Counted from the first letter of the stretch, positions 8,994 to 18,166 are shown. The stretch is DNA of 32,000 bases from Vibrio cholerae ATCC 14035 (GCF_000621645.1 NZ_JHXR01000001.1:330001-362000); one strand, 5' to 3'. Made by a program: numbers and translations. Notes: generated by a model not told the origin, from the letters alone.

Positions 8994-9103
8994 AACCACG
9001 AATCTAATGGCGGTGGTGACCAAACAAAGAGTTGGAAAACCACCTTCAAAAAACAGGGAACCGGACAAGGAATTCCCATATTAAGAAAAGGCAGTGGATT
9101 AAC

Positions 9104-10138
9104 ATGAAAAAAACTCTATTAGCACTCGCAGTGCTTGCAGCCGCAGGCTCTGTAAACGCAGCTGAAATTCTAAAATCAGATGCTGGCACAGTTGATTTTT
9201 ACGGTCAGCTACGTACAGAATTGAAATTCTTAGAAGATAAAGATCCAACAATTGGTTCTGGTTCTTCGCGCGCTGGTGTTGATGCAAACTACACCGTTAA
9301 CGATAGCTTAGCGTTACAAGGTAAAGTGGAATTCGCACTAAAAGACAGTGGCGATATGTATGTTCGTAACCACATTCTTGGTGTAAAAACTAATTTTGGT
9401 AAGTTTAGCTTTGGTAAACAATGGACTACATCTGACGATGTATACGGTGCTGACTACTCTTATTTCTTTGGTGGTACAGGTCTTCGTTACGGCACACTGT
9501 CTGATGCACTACACGATTCTCAAGTCAAGTATGTTTACGAAGCTGACAGCTTCTGGGTTAAAGCTGGTTACGGTTTTCCAGAAGATAATGCAAAGCAAGA
9601 GCTAGCAGAACTGTATGTAGGTGCAACATTTGGTGATTTGGCTGTGCACGCTGGTGGTGGTCAAAACCGTGATAAAGCATTCAAAGTTGGTAGTAATACG
9701 GTTGGCACAACAACCACAGATATTAAAGCTGACGTAACAAATAGTTACTTTGAAGTGACAGGTGAGTACACTATTGGTGATGCACTGATTGGTGTTACTT
9801 ACTACAACGCAGAACTAGATGTAGAAAATAACCCACTAGTGATCGATGAAGACGCTATTTCTGTTGCTGGTACATACAAAGTTGCTGACAAGACAAAATT
9901 GTATGCTGGCTATGAGTATGTAATGCAAGAAGCGAACACTGGCGCAGATGAAGATGGTACTCTTGTTTACCTAGGTGTTGAATACAAATTTGCAAGCTGG
10001 GCTCGTGTATATGCTGAGTATGGCTACGGCGATGGTACAACTCTGGGTTACACCAACAAGGGTTCTGACGCAGAAGTTAAAGCAACGAAAGTCGACAGCG
10101 CTAATAACTTTGGTATCGGTGCTCGTATCTACTGGTAA
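9104..10138 (+). CDS. ompT: Outer-membrane general porin OmpT (Vibrio ToxR-repressed porin)
   Basis: ORF 9032-10138. The start is re-set to the ATG at 9104 (MKKTLLALAVLAAAGSVNA/AE..., a signal peptide with an AxA cleavage site). Beta-barrel-type alternating sequence with the C-terminal porin signature ...NNFGIGARIYW. Position between dinG and yccT matches my recollection of V. cholerae VC1854. Confidence 0.85.
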   Translation: MKKTLLALAVLAAAGSVNAAEILKSDAGTVDFYGQLRTELKFLEDKDPTIGSGSSRAGVDANYTVNDSLALQGKVEFALKDSGDMYVRNHILGVKTNFGKFSFGKQWTTSDDVYGADYSYFFGGTGLRYGTLSDALHDSQVKYVYEADSFWVKAGYGFPEDNAKQELAELYVGATFGDLAVHAGGGQNRDKAFKVGSNTVGTTTTDIKADVTNSYFEVTGEYTIGDALIGVTYYNAELDVENNPLVIDEDAISVAGTYKVADKTKLYAGYEYVMQEANTGADEDGTLVYLGVEYKFASWARVYAEYGYGDGTTLGYTNKGSDAEVKATKVDSANNFGIGARIYW

Positions 10139-10160
10139 GATCTCGAACACGTTTATTGAG

Positions 10161-10190
10161 AAAGCCCGGCTGCTGCCGGGCTTTTTTATT
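10161..10190 (+). terminator. Rho-independent terminator of ompT
   Basis: GCCCGGC (10164-10170), loop TGCT, GCCGGGC (10175-10181), followed by TTTTTT. Confidence 0.85.
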
Positions 10191-10256
10191 GTGATGTGCA
10201 AGATAAGTGATTATTGTTGTTGTGTTTATTTTTATACGAAACAAGGTAGTTAGATA

Positions 10257-10931
10257 ATGAAACTTAACCCACTGATTTTAGGTCTTCTGTTGTCATTTTC
10301 AGCAGGTCACTCATTAGCCGATGTAGTATTAAAAGTGCCAGAAAATATTGATTTACTTTCTGTAAATATGCAAAAACCAAAATCTGAAGGCGGATTATTT
10401 GGTGATAAAACGATTATGCTTAAAGATGGCACGAACCAGATTGTGTTTCGTTATATTCCTACTTTCGATGATGGTGACGATGTTAAGAAGGTATATAGCG
10501 ATACAATTATTGCAAAATTTGAGAGTGAAAATGCCACTCTTCACTTTAAGATTCCTAGTTATCGCAATATAAAAGAAGCAAATGAGAAAATTCAAACAAT
10601 GGAGTGGCAACTTGTTGACGAAAAAGGGCAATCTGTCGCTCTAGTAGAAGACAAACTACTCAATCCAGGTGTTCAATGGGGCAGAAATTACAGCCAAGAA
10701 GCTACAGAATATAACCAAAATGGAGGGGTTGCTGCGATCGGATACCTGAAAGTAGTTACTAATGAGGCTCAGCTATCTGAAAATACGACACAAGTTATTA
10801 TGAGCGAAGCTTCTCAACCATTAGAAGTAGTCGGATCATCAAATAACCTGACTCAACTTCAACTTTGGTATAGCAAAGCCTCAAAAGAAGAACGCAAAGC
10901 GTTTAAGAAATGGATGGTCGATCAAGAATAA
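10257..10931 (+). CDS. UPF0319 / YccT-family periplasmic protein (DUF2057)
   Basis: Signal peptide MKLNPLILGLLLSFSAGHSLA. The layout and C-terminal LTQLQLWYSKASKEERKAFKKWMV resemble E. coli YccT as I recall it ([28 protein letters not shown]). Confidence 0.75.
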   Translation: MKLNPLILGLLLSFSAGHSLADVVLKVPENIDLLSVNMQKPKSEGGLFGDKTIMLKDGTNQIVFRYIPTFDDGDDVKKVYSDTIIAKFESENATLHFKIPSYRNIKEANEKIQTMEWQLVDEKGQSVALVEDKLLNPGVQWGRNYSQEATEYNQNGGVAAIGYLKVVTNEAQLSENTTQVIMSEASQPLEVVGSSNNLTQLQLWYSKASKEERKAFKKWMVDQE

Positions 10932-10934
10932 GCG

Positions 10935-10956
10935 AAAGCCTGCGCATGCAGGCTTT
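10935..10956. terminator. Bidirectional hairpin terminator between the convergent yccT-like and ychJ-like genes
   Basis: AAAGCCTGC (10935-10943), loop GCAT, GCAGGCTTT (10948-10956). Confidence 0.6.
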
Positions 10957-10962
10957 ACTCTA

Positions 10963-11418
10963 TTATCCACAGCACTTTTTATATTTCTTGCCACTACCGC
11001 AAGCACAAGGGTCGTTACGGCCTTGTTTGATGGCGGCTGGAAATTCACCGTCAATATAAAACCAACAGTTATTTTCTTTTAGAAATCGAGAGCGCTCTTC
11101 AAGGCAAAACACTTTACCCTCTTGATCAAGAAACGCTTTAAAGTGAACAAAACCTTCGTTAGGGGTTGCGCCCATTTGGGTCGAAATGATCTCAAGGCGA
11201 AGCCAATGGCTATGTACCGATTCGCTAATCGCATCACGCTCATTACTGGCTTGGCAAGAGGGATGGTATGTTTCAATCACAAACTCAACATTCTTTAAAA
11301 TATGGGCACTAAAACGTGCTCGCATCAGCTGTTCAGGAACTTGAGCACTGTGAGGATTGAGATGAATAGGTTCGCAACACTGCGAGTAAGGTTGAGTATT
11401 TCCGCAATAACAGGACAT
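10963..11418 (-). CDS. YchJ-family protein (UPF0225) with N- and C-terminal SEC-C metal-binding motifs
   Basis: The N-terminus is CYCGNTQPYSQCC and the C-terminus is RNDPCACGSGKKYKKCCG (canonical SEC-C). 151 aa. Confidence 0.85.
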   Translation of the reverse strand: MSCYCGNTQPYSQCCEPIHLNPHSAQVPEQLMRARFSAHILKNVEFVIETYHPSCQASNERDAISESVHSHWLRLEIISTQMGATPNEGFVHFKAFLDQEGKVFCLEERSRFLKENNCWFYIDGEFPAAIKQGRNDPCACGSGKKYKKCCG

Positions 11419-11479
11419 AGAAAAGATAAACGTTGAGTAGGTAGATGGAGTTTATCGGCCCGTAAGCGTAATTACCAGT

Positions 11480-12694
11480 TTAGGTTTGTACACCAAGAAG
11501 ATCGGCTGTCCATTTGACGGCTTCGATATAGCATTCTGTTGGTGCCTCGTTTGGAAGGTTAAGTGCTTGCCCAAGAGTCACAACTTGCCCCCAATCCGCC
11601 ATTTCATAAGCTTTATTCAATGCCAATATTTGCCCTAAAGTGCCACTGCCTTGAGTTAAGGCCTGTTTGACTTCTTCCTCGATGGGCATTTCTTTCACAA
11701 TGGAATCAAGGGATTGATCAAGTAGGCTGTCTAGCACAGAAAACATACCGGTTAGAAATCCGGTTCCGGGGGCAATGTTTGTCGGCACTCGTTCACTGAG
11801 CATTTCGCAAAAGCGGGCGCGTAGAATGGCAAGATTATAAAGATAGTCTGGTTTGGAATCTTGTGTTGAAGCAATCGCAACGAGCGAAATGAATTTACGG
11901 AGTTTCTGTTGCCCTAGATAGACCAGCGCTTGACGGAAAGATTGGATTTTTGAACTCACTGTTGCTGAAGAGTTTACGAACGTGAGTAGCTTATATGAAA
12001 GAGAAATGTCTTTGGCGACAATCGTTTCAATTTCACGAAAATCAACTTCGGGTTTCGCGACTTCTTTAAGTAGTTGCACAATGGTCAGAAAAGAGGGTTG
12101 CAGGGCTTTGCGCTGAATAATTTCAGGCTTACTAAAAAAGTAACCTTGAAAATAGTGGAAACCCGCTTGCTTGGCCTGTTCAAACTCTTCGTAGGTTTCA
12201 ACTTTTTCGGCCAGAAACTCAATTTTCATGGAGCGCAGTTTATTGATAAAGAGCTTGGCTTTCGGGATAGGCACGAGACGAATATCAAATTTGATAATCG
12301 AGATATAAGGTAGAAATGCTTTCCAATCATTGCTTGGGATAAAATCATCCAGTGCAATTTTGTATCCGAGCTGAGCCATTTTTTTGATAGCACTGAGCAG
12401 TTCAGGGGTTGGTGGGCAATCTTCAAGAATTTCGACAACCAGACTTTTAACCGGAAACAGCGTGGGCACCATATTGAGTAAACTTTGATAAGGGAAGTTT
12501 ACGAATCCAAGAAGATCACCCAGAGTGCTGTAGTGTGCGGTCAAGAAATGATCGGAAAGGAGGCGGCTAGTGGCTTCCTCGGGATCGATGTCTGGAAACG
12601 TGTTTTTAGGCCCATCACGAAAGAGAAGTTCGTAACCGATGGTGCTTTTTTCACGATCCAATATGGGTTGTCTAGCGACATACGAGTACTTCAA
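11480..12694 (-). CDS. EAL-domain plus HDOD-domain signalling protein (COG3434-type, putative c-di-GMP-related)
   Basis: N-terminal EAL-like domain: ARQPILD...GYELLFR, VNF, VVEILED, ALDDF, IKFD, AEKVET, FQGYFFSKP. The C-terminal ~200 aa resemble HDOD (LSYKLLTFVNSSA...QALVYLGQQKLRKFISLVA). The start codon is apparently TTG at 12694; I saw no upstream in-frame ATG. Confidence 0.85.
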   Translation of the reverse strand: MKYSYVARQPILDREKSTIGYELLFRDGPKNTFPDIDPEEATSRLLSDHFLTAHYSTLGDLLGFVNFPYQSLLNMVPTLFPVKSLVVEILEDCPPTPELLSAIKKMAQLGYKIALDDFIPSNDWKAFLPYISIIKFDIRLVPIPKAKLFINKLRSMKIEFLAEKVETYEEFEQAKQAGFHYFQGYFFSKPEIIQRKALQPSFLTIVQLLKEVAKPEVDFREIETIVAKDISLSYKLLTFVNSSATVSSKIQSFRQALVYLGQQKLRKFISLVAIASTQDSKPDYLYNLAILRARFCEMLSERVPTNIAPGTGFLTGMFSVLDSLLDQSLDSIVKEMPIEEEVKQALTQGSGTLGQILALNKAYEMADWGQVVTLGQALNLPNEAPTECYIEAVKWTADLLGVQT

Positions 12695-12789
12695 AGATTT
12701 ACCTATTTTCGGGTTGTTGTTTCTTTTGTCAGTATTTTAAGGGTTTACCGAGATAAGTATTGGTCAAGAACATGGTTATTACTAATTGA

Positions 12790-13530
12790 TTACTCAATAT
12801 TTATGAGTGGTCTCGACAATAATGAGTAGCCAGTTAGTTTAGAATAGACCAAGATCGAGCTTTGGCTATACCAATCTCCTAACACAATCCGTGTTTTGAG
12901 AGTCTGGTCATCGGTTTGAATGGAGTGAATTGCAGGGCGGTGTGTATGACCGTGAATCATTAAATCTACGTTATATCGATGCATAACCGCGATGACTTCG
13001 CTGGGTGTAACATCCATGATCATCATGGACTTATGTTGTTTGTCATCTCGTATGTCTGACTGTATTTTGCGGACAAGCTTTTGCTTAAGTGCAAAAGGAA
13101 GAAGTCCAAATAATCGCTGTAACCAAGGCTGATGTACTTTGGCTCGAAATTCAAGGTAGCGTGTATCTTGGGTGCAGAGTGTATCTCCATGCAGTACGAC
13201 GGCTTTTTGCCCATATAAGTCGATCACGGCTTCATCCGGTAACAACTGCACTCCTGTTTGTTGAGCAAACCGTTTCCCAACCAGAAAATCGCGATTTCCT
13301 TTAGTGAAATAGCATGGCACACCTTGTTGAGTCAGTTGGCGAAACTCGGATTTAATCTGCTCGGCAAAGGTGGTTGGGTCATCATCCCCAATCCAAAAAT
13401 CAAAAAGGTCGCCAAGGACATAAAGTGCATCAGCTTTGATGGCTTCTTCGCGCATAAATTGAATGAAGGAAGCGGTGATATCAGGATGCTTGGGGGAGAG
13501 ATGAAGATCGGAAATAAATAGTGTATGCAT
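12790..13530 (-). CDS. lpxH: UDP-2,3-diacylglucosamine pyrophosphohydrolase
   Basis: MHTLFISDLHL...ALYVLGDLFDFWIGDDD...GNRDFL...HGDTLCT...HGHTHRP is collinear with E. coli LpxH as I recall it. It lies downstream of ppiB, as in E. coli. Confidence 0.95.
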   Translation of the reverse strand: MHTLFISDLHLSPKHPDITASFIQFMREEAIKADALYVLGDLFDFWIGDDDPTTFAEQIKSEFRQLTQQGVPCYFTKGNRDFLVGKRFAQQTGVQLLPDEAVIDLYGQKAVVLHGDTLCTQDTRYLEFRAKVHQPWLQRLFGLLPFALKQKLVRKIQSDIRDDKQHKSMMIMDVTPSEVIAVMHRYNVDLMIHGHTHRPAIHSIQTDDQTLKTRIVLGDWYSQSSILVYSKLTGYSLLSRPLINIE

Positions 13531-13540
13531 GTTTCACAGC

Positions 13541-13562
13541 AAAAGGAGCGCCTAAGCGCTCC
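13541..13562 (-). terminator. ppiB-lpxH intercistronic hairpin followed by a short U-run (partial terminator or attenuator)
   Basis: On the minus strand the sequence reads GGAGCGC-TTAG-GCGCTCC followed by TTTTGCTG. It sits between the ppiB stop (13571) and the lpxH start (13530). Confidence 0.45.
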
Positions 13563-13570
13563 GAGTAAAA

Positions 13571-14065
13571 TTAAGCTTCGATAGTGGTGCCAGTGATCAC
13601 CACTTCCTCTAGAGGGACATCTTGGTGCATGCCATAAGAACCGGTGCTCACGCCCTTGATCTTATTAACGATGTCCATGCCTTCAACCACTTCACCAAAC
13701 ACGCAGTAACCCCAACCATCACGACTTTCAGAACGAAAATCGAGGAAAGTGTTGTTATTCACGTTAATGAAGAATTGTGAGCTCGCTGAGTGAGGATCCA
13801 TGGTACGCGCCATGGCAATCGTACCCACTTTATTGCTCAGACCATTATTTGCTTCGTTACGAATAGGATCGCGAGTCTCTTTTTCACGCAGTCCCGAAGT
13901 CATACCGCCGCCTTGAATCATAAAGCCGTCAATCACACGGTGAAAGAGAGTGTTGTCGTAGAAACCTTCACGGCAATATTGCTCAAAGTTTGCGCTGGTT
14001 ACTGGCGCTTTTTCAAAGTTGAGCTGAATTTTGATGTCACCAAAATTGGTATGCAGGGTGATCAT
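13571..14065 (-). CDS. ppiB: Peptidyl-prolyl cis-trans isomerase B (cytoplasmic cyclophilin)
   Basis: ORF 13571-14179. The start is re-set to the ATG at 14065 ([15 protein letters not shown]...), giving 164 aa, the same length as E. coli PpiB and collinear with it as I recall it ([27 protein letters not shown]). Confidence 0.93.
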   Translation of the reverse strand: MITLHTNFGDIKIQLNFEKAPVTSANFEQYCREGFYDNTLFHRVIDGFMIQGGGMTSGLREKETRDPIRNEANNGLSNKVGTIAMARTMDPHSASSQFFINVNNNTFLDFRSESRDGWGYCVFGEVVEGMDIVNKIKGVSTGSYGMHQDVPLEEVVITGTTIEA

Positions 14066-14210
14066 GAGTTTTACCTTCGCATTTATCCATTGAGAGCCAG
14101 AGTTTAGCCTAACTTTTTGTGCATTCAAAACATCAAATGGATGACCTAGTAATCTTTGAGTTGTTATACTGTCCGCCATTTATAATTTTGATGGTAATCA
14201 GATAGAGATC

Positions 14211-15590
14211 ATGTTGAAGATTTATAACTCACTCACAAGACAGAAAGAGGAATTTAAACCAATCGTTGCCGGCAAAGTGGGCATGTATGTGTGTGGAGTC
14301 ACTATTTATGATCTCTGTCATATCGGACATGGGCGTACATTTGTTTCATTTGACGTAGTAGCTCGTTATCTTCGTTACCTTGGCTACGATCTTACCTTTG
14401 TGCGTAATATCACCGACATCGATGACAAGATCATCAAGCGTGCTGCAGAAAACGCAGAAACGTGCGAATCATTGACAGAACGCTTGATTCAAGAAATGTA
14501 TGCGGATTTCGATGCCCTGAATATCAAACGTCCCGATGTTGAACCACGTGCGACGGCTTATATCGAAGAGATCATTGCTCTGGTTGAGCGCCTGATTGAG
14601 CGTGGTTTTGCTTATGTTGCTGATAACGGTGATGTGATGTTTGAAGTGAGCCAATACAGCGAGTACGGTAAACTTTCCAAGCAAGATCTTGATCAACTCC
14701 AAGCGGGAGCACGTGTGGATATCGAAGCGGCAAAACGCAGTCCGCTGGATTTCGTGCTCTGGAAAATGTCGAAACCGGGTGAACCAACATGGGAATCCCC
14801 TTGGGGCTCTGGCCGTCCGGGCTGGCACATCGAGTGTTCAGCGATGAACTCATCAATTTTGGGTACCCATTTCGATATCCACGGTGGTGGTTCTGACTTG
14901 CAATTCCCACATCATGAAAACGAAATTGCGCAATCTTGCTGCGCCCATGATACCCAGTACGTCAACACTTGGATGCACAGTGGTATGGTGATGGTAGATA
15001 AGGAGAAGATGTCGAAATCACTCGGTAACTTCTTCACTATCCGCGATGTTTTGGGCCATTATGATGCAGAAACAGTGCGTTATTTCTTGATGTCAGGCCA
15101 CTACAGAAGCCAATTAAACTACAGTGAAGAGAATCTCAATCAAGCACGTGCTTCACTAGAGCGACTCTATAACGCACTGCGTGGTTTAGATCGTAGCGTG
15201 CCAGCCGCGGGGGGCGAAGAGTACGTGACGCGCTTTACTGCTGCTATGAACGATGATTTCAATACGCCAGAAGCGTATTCGGTGCTGTTTGATATGGCTC
15301 GTGAAATCAACCGACTCAAGAGTGAAGATATGACCAATGCGAGCGCTTTGGGCAGCTTAATGCGTGAGTTGGCAGATGTGATCGGTATTCTTTACCAAGA
15401 GCCTGAGGCTTTCTTCCAAGGTAGTGCGGAAGATGAAGATGCGGCGCAAATTGAAGCTTTAATCAAGCTACGTAATGATTCTCGTGCGACGAAAGATTGG
15501 GCTAATGCTGACTTGGCGCGTGATAAGTTAAACGAAATGGGAATTGTGCTTGAAGATGGACCTAATGGTACAACTTGGCGTCGTAAGTAA
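14211..15590 (+). CDS. cysS: Cysteine--tRNA ligase
   Basis: [15 protein letters not shown].... Contains the HIGH motif (CHIGHGR) and KMSKS (EKMSKSLGN). The C-terminus [12 protein letters not shown] is near-identical to the E. coli CysS end as I recall it. Confidence 0.97.
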   Translation: MLKIYNSLTRQKEEFKPIVAGKVGMYVCGVTIYDLCHIGHGRTFVSFDVVARYLRYLGYDLTFVRNITDIDDKIIKRAAENAETCESLTERLIQEMYADFDALNIKRPDVEPRATAYIEEIIALVERLIERGFAYVADNGDVMFEVSQYSEYGKLSKQDLDQLQAGARVDIEAAKRSPLDFVLWKMSKPGEPTWESPWGSGRPGWHIECSAMNSSILGTHFDIHGGGSDLQFPHHENEIAQSCCAHDTQYVNTWMHSGMVMVDKEKMSKSLGNFFTIRDVLGHYDAETVRYFLMSGHYRSQLNYSEENLNQARASLERLYNALRGLDRSVPAAGGEEYVTRFTAAMNDDFNTPEAYSVLFDMAREINRLKSEDMTNASALGSLMRELADVIGILYQEPEAFFQGSAEDEDAAQIEALIKLRNDSRATKDWANADLARDKLNEMGIVLEDGPNGTTWRRK

Positions 15591-15605
15591 CGAGCAACAA
15601 ATGAA

Positions 15606-15635
15606 AGGGTGGGCGTAAGCCCACTCTCTTTTTCT
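15606..15635 (+). terminator. Rho-independent terminator after cysS
   Basis: GGGTGGGC (15607-15614), loop GTAA, GCCCACTC (15619-15626, one G-U pair), then TCTTTTTCT. Confidence 0.7.
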
Positions 15636-15677
15636 GGCACGTGTAGCCCATCTTTAAACGAACAAGGCAAGTGAGTT

Positions 15678-16199
15678 ATGTCTGTCATCTTAGGGATTGA
15701 TCCTGGATCGCGCGTGACGGGGTATGGTGTGATTCGTCAACAAGGACGACACCTTATCTACCTCGGTAGCGGTTGTATCCGTACTTCCGATCTCGAGTTA
15801 CCGTTACGCCTGAAACAAATCTATGCGGGCGTGAGTGAAATCATCACCCAATTTCAGCCGGATGCCTTTGCCATTGAGCAGGTGTTTATGGCAAAGAATG
15901 CCGATTCAGCATTAAAACTTGGTCAAGCCCGCGGCAGTGCGATTGTGGCGGCGGTGAACGCAGAACTTCCTGTTTATGAATATGCTGCCAGACTGATTAA
16001 ACAAGCGGTCGTTGGTACGGGAGCGGCTGATAAAAGCCAAGTTCAACATATGGTGCAGCAGATGCTCAAACTGCCCGGTAAGCCCCAAGCCGATGCAGCA
16101 GATGCTTTAGGTGTTGCTATTTGTCATGCTAATACCAACAAAACTCTAATTGCATTGGCAGGGCAGGCAACGAGTGCGCGTAGAGGTCGTTATCGTTAA
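15678..16199 (+). CDS. ruvC: Crossover junction endodeoxyribonuclease RuvC
   Basis: [21 protein letters not shown]... is near-identical to the E. coli RuvC N-terminus as I recall it. 173 aa. Confidence 0.96.
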   Translation: MSVILGIDPGSRVTGYGVIRQQGRHLIYLGSGCIRTSDLELPLRLKQIYAGVSEIITQFQPDAFAIEQVFMAKNADSALKLGQARGSAIVAAVNAELPVYEYAARLIKQAVVGTGAADKSQVQHMVQQMLKLPGKPQADAADALGVAICHANTNKTLIALAGQATSARRGRYR

Positions 16200-16224
16200 A
16201 TGTAGCTTGATGCTACGAGCATTT

Positions 16225-16244
16225 TACTGGCTATCCATCCAGTT
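16225..16244. promoter_or_regulatory. LexA (SOS) box upstream of ruvA: TACTGGCTATCCATCCAGTT (CTG-N10-CAG)
   Basis: Direct reading: CTGG at 16227-16230 and CCAG at 16239-16242. It resembles the E. coli ruvAB SOS box as I remember it (CGCTGGATATCTATCCAGCA). It lies about 55-70 bp upstream of the ruvA GTG start. Confidence 0.65.
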
Positions 16245-16295
16245 ATTGATTATCATCCAGAGCATCTTTCCTCCCTCTATTATAAGGAAACACAA

Positions 16296-16910
16296 GTGAT
16301 TGGACGTCTTCGCGGTACGCTGATTGAAAAGTTACCTCCTCAAATTTTGATTGAGGTCGGTGGTATTGGCTATGAAGTGCAAATGCCGATGAGCTGTATT
16401 TATGAACTGCCGAATATTGGGGAAGAAGCCATCATTTATACCCACTTTGTAGTTCGAGAAGATGCACAGCTACTTTATGGCTTTAATACCGTTAGCGAAC
16501 GCGCTCTGTTTCGTGAAGTAATCAAAGCCAATGGCGTAGGGCCGAAAATGGGGCTTGCGATCCTCTCTGGCATGACAGCCAATCAGTTTGTGACTTGTGT
16601 GGAAAAAGAAGATATCTCTACCCTCATTAAATTACCGGGAGTCGGGAAGAAGACGGCTGAGCGATTGGTGGTGGAAATGAAAGATCGCCTGAAAGGATGG
16701 GGAGCGGGTGACCTCTTTACACCTGCAACCGATGCGGCCCCTGTCGATTCTACGCCCGTGATTGCTCAAAATGCTCAGGAAGAAGCCATGAGCGCGCTAT
16801 TGGCGCTAGGTTACAAGCCCCCTCAAGCTTCCAAAGCGGTATCGCAAGTGGCTAAAGCAGGAATGAGCAGTGAAGAGTTGATTCGTGAAGCGCTCAAATC
16901 TATGGTGTAA
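16296..16910 (+). CDS. ruvA: Holliday junction branch-migration complex subunit RuvA
   Basis: GTG start preceded by AAGGAA. (M)[33 protein letters not shown]... is collinear with E. coli RuvA as I recall it. Contains the HhH motif [12 protein letters not shown]. Confidence 0.96.
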   Translation: MIGRLRGTLIEKLPPQILIEVGGIGYEVQMPMSCIYELPNIGEEAIIYTHFVVREDAQLLYGFNTVSERALFREVIKANGVGPKMGLAILSGMTANQFVTCVEKEDISTLIKLPGVGKKTAERLVVEMKDRLKGWGAGDLFTPATDAAPVDSTPVIAQNAQEEAMSALLALGYKPPQASKAVSQVAKAGMSSEELIREALKSMV

Positions 16911-16965
16911 CGATTCACGTTTTGCCGTCGTTAAAAACAGTCGCCATTAAGCCAATAGAGAAAAT

Positions 16966-17970
16966 ATGATAGAAGCCGATCGTTTAATTGCTCCAATCAG
17001 CAACCACTTCAAAGATGAGGAAGTGATTGATCGAGCGATTCGTCCCAAAAAGCTTGCCGATTACCAAGGTCAAGATCATGTTCGTGATCAGATGGAAATC
17101 TTCATTCAAGCGGCACAAATGCGCCAAGAAGCCTTAGATCATCTGCTGATTTTCGGGCCTCCGGGCTTGGGTAAAACCACCTTGGCCAACATAGTCGCTA
17201 ACGAAATGGGCGTGAATATTCGTACTACTTCAGGTCCTGTATTGGAAAAAGCGGGAGATTTAGCGGCACTGCTAACCAATCTTGAAGAAAACGATGTGCT
17301 GTTTATTGATGAAATCCATCGTCTGAGCCCAATGGTTGAGGAAGTACTGTATCCCGCTATGGAAGATTACCAACTCGATATCATGATTGGTGAAGGCCCA
17401 GCTGCACGCTCAATCAAAATCGATCTCCCTCCTTTTACTTTAATTGGAGCCACCACACGTGCAGGCTCGCTGACTTCACCACTGCGTGACCGATTTGGGA
17501 TTGTGCAACGATTGGAGTATTACAAAGTCGCCGATTTACAACACATAGTGCAACGTAGTGCACAGTGTCTCGGTCTTTCGATGGATAGTGAGGGCGCTCT
17601 TGAAGTGGCTCGCCGTGCACGTGGAACCCCACGGATTGTCAATCGCCTGCTGCGCCGGGTACGAGATTATGCCGAAGTAAAAGGGGATGGGCACATTTGT
17701 GCGCAAACCGCTGACAGGGCACTCAATATGCTTGATGTTGACCATCAAGGCTTTGATTACATGGATAGAAAGCTGCTGTTAGCAATAATGGAAAAGTTTT
17801 CAGGTGGCCCAGTCGGAATCGATAACCTTGCGGCAGCTATTGGCGAAGAGAAAGATACGATAGAAGATGTTCTTGAGCCATTTCTCATTCAGCAGGGTTA
17901 TTTACAACGTACACCACGCGGTCGTATCGCGACAGATCGCGCTTATTTGCATTTCGGTATTGAAAAATAA
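16966..17970 (+). CDS. ruvB: Holliday junction branch-migration DNA helicase RuvB
   Basis: Walker A ([11 protein letters not shown]), Walker B ([10 protein letters not shown]), sensor and arginine-finger regions. 334 aa. Confidence 0.97.
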   Translation: MIEADRLIAPISNHFKDEEVIDRAIRPKKLADYQGQDHVRDQMEIFIQAAQMRQEALDHLLIFGPPGLGKTTLANIVANEMGVNIRTTSGPVLEKAGDLAALLTNLEENDVLFIDEIHRLSPMVEEVLYPAMEDYQLDIMIGEGPAARSIKIDLPPFTLIGATTRAGSLTSPLRDRFGIVQRLEYYKVADLQHIVQRSAQCLGLSMDSEGALEVARRARGTPRIVNRLLRRVRDYAEVKGDGHICAQTADRALNMLDVDHQGFDYMDRKLLLAIMEKFSGGPVGIDNLAAAIGEEKDTIEDVLEPFLIQQGYLQRTPRGRIATDRAYLHFGIEK

Positions 17971-17978
17971 TGTTACAA

Positions 17979-18014
17979 ATCTCGCTTGTTAAACCGAGCG
18001 AGATACTCTTTTTT
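17979..18014 (+). terminator. Rho-independent terminator of ruvAB
   Basis: ATCTCGCT (17979-17986) pairs with AGCGAGAT (17997-18004), followed by ACTCTTTTTT. Confidence 0.8.
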
Positions 18015-18152
18015 GACAAAGTTCTCATTTCTTGTATTTCCTTTCCTCGCTCAATTGTTGGATTTTTTGGGTGTGATGTTAATCCGTTGATTGTTTTCAA
18101 GCGAATTACATGGGTTTTTTCACGAGTAGGTAACACAAATTGCTTGCCTCTT

Positions 18153-18166
18153 TTGATTTAGATCAT
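18153..18166. promoter_or_regulatory. FNR-type box 1 upstream of cydA: TTGAT-TTAG-ATCAT (9/10 match to TTGAT-N4-ATCAA)
   Basis: Direct reading. It shares the exact 13-mer TTGATTTAGATCA with box 2, which lies 50 bp downstream. Confidence 0.6.

Noticed and set aside
8640-9100. ToxR-type TNAAA-N5-TNAAA direct repeats in the ompT upstream region
   Set aside because: I checked each TNAAA (and TTTNA on the opposite strand) by hand and found no pair with the 10-bp register. The closest is TTTTA at 8922-8926 and again at 8930-8934, an 8-bp register. I therefore make no ToxR site call.
18015-18150. A divergent sRNA ending at the ruvB terminator read on the minus strand
   Set aside because: On the minus strand the hairpin is followed by TTGTAACATT rather than a U-tract. 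I could not identify a matching promoter, so there is no positive evidence.
17885-18161. ORFs of 83 aa (minus strand) and 63 aa (plus strand) in the ruvB-cydA intergenic region
   Set aside because: They span the ruvB terminator and the AT-rich cydA regulatory DNA. Their sequences are low-complexity and hydrophobic or basic, with no RBS and no recognisable family. The region is better explained as regulatory.
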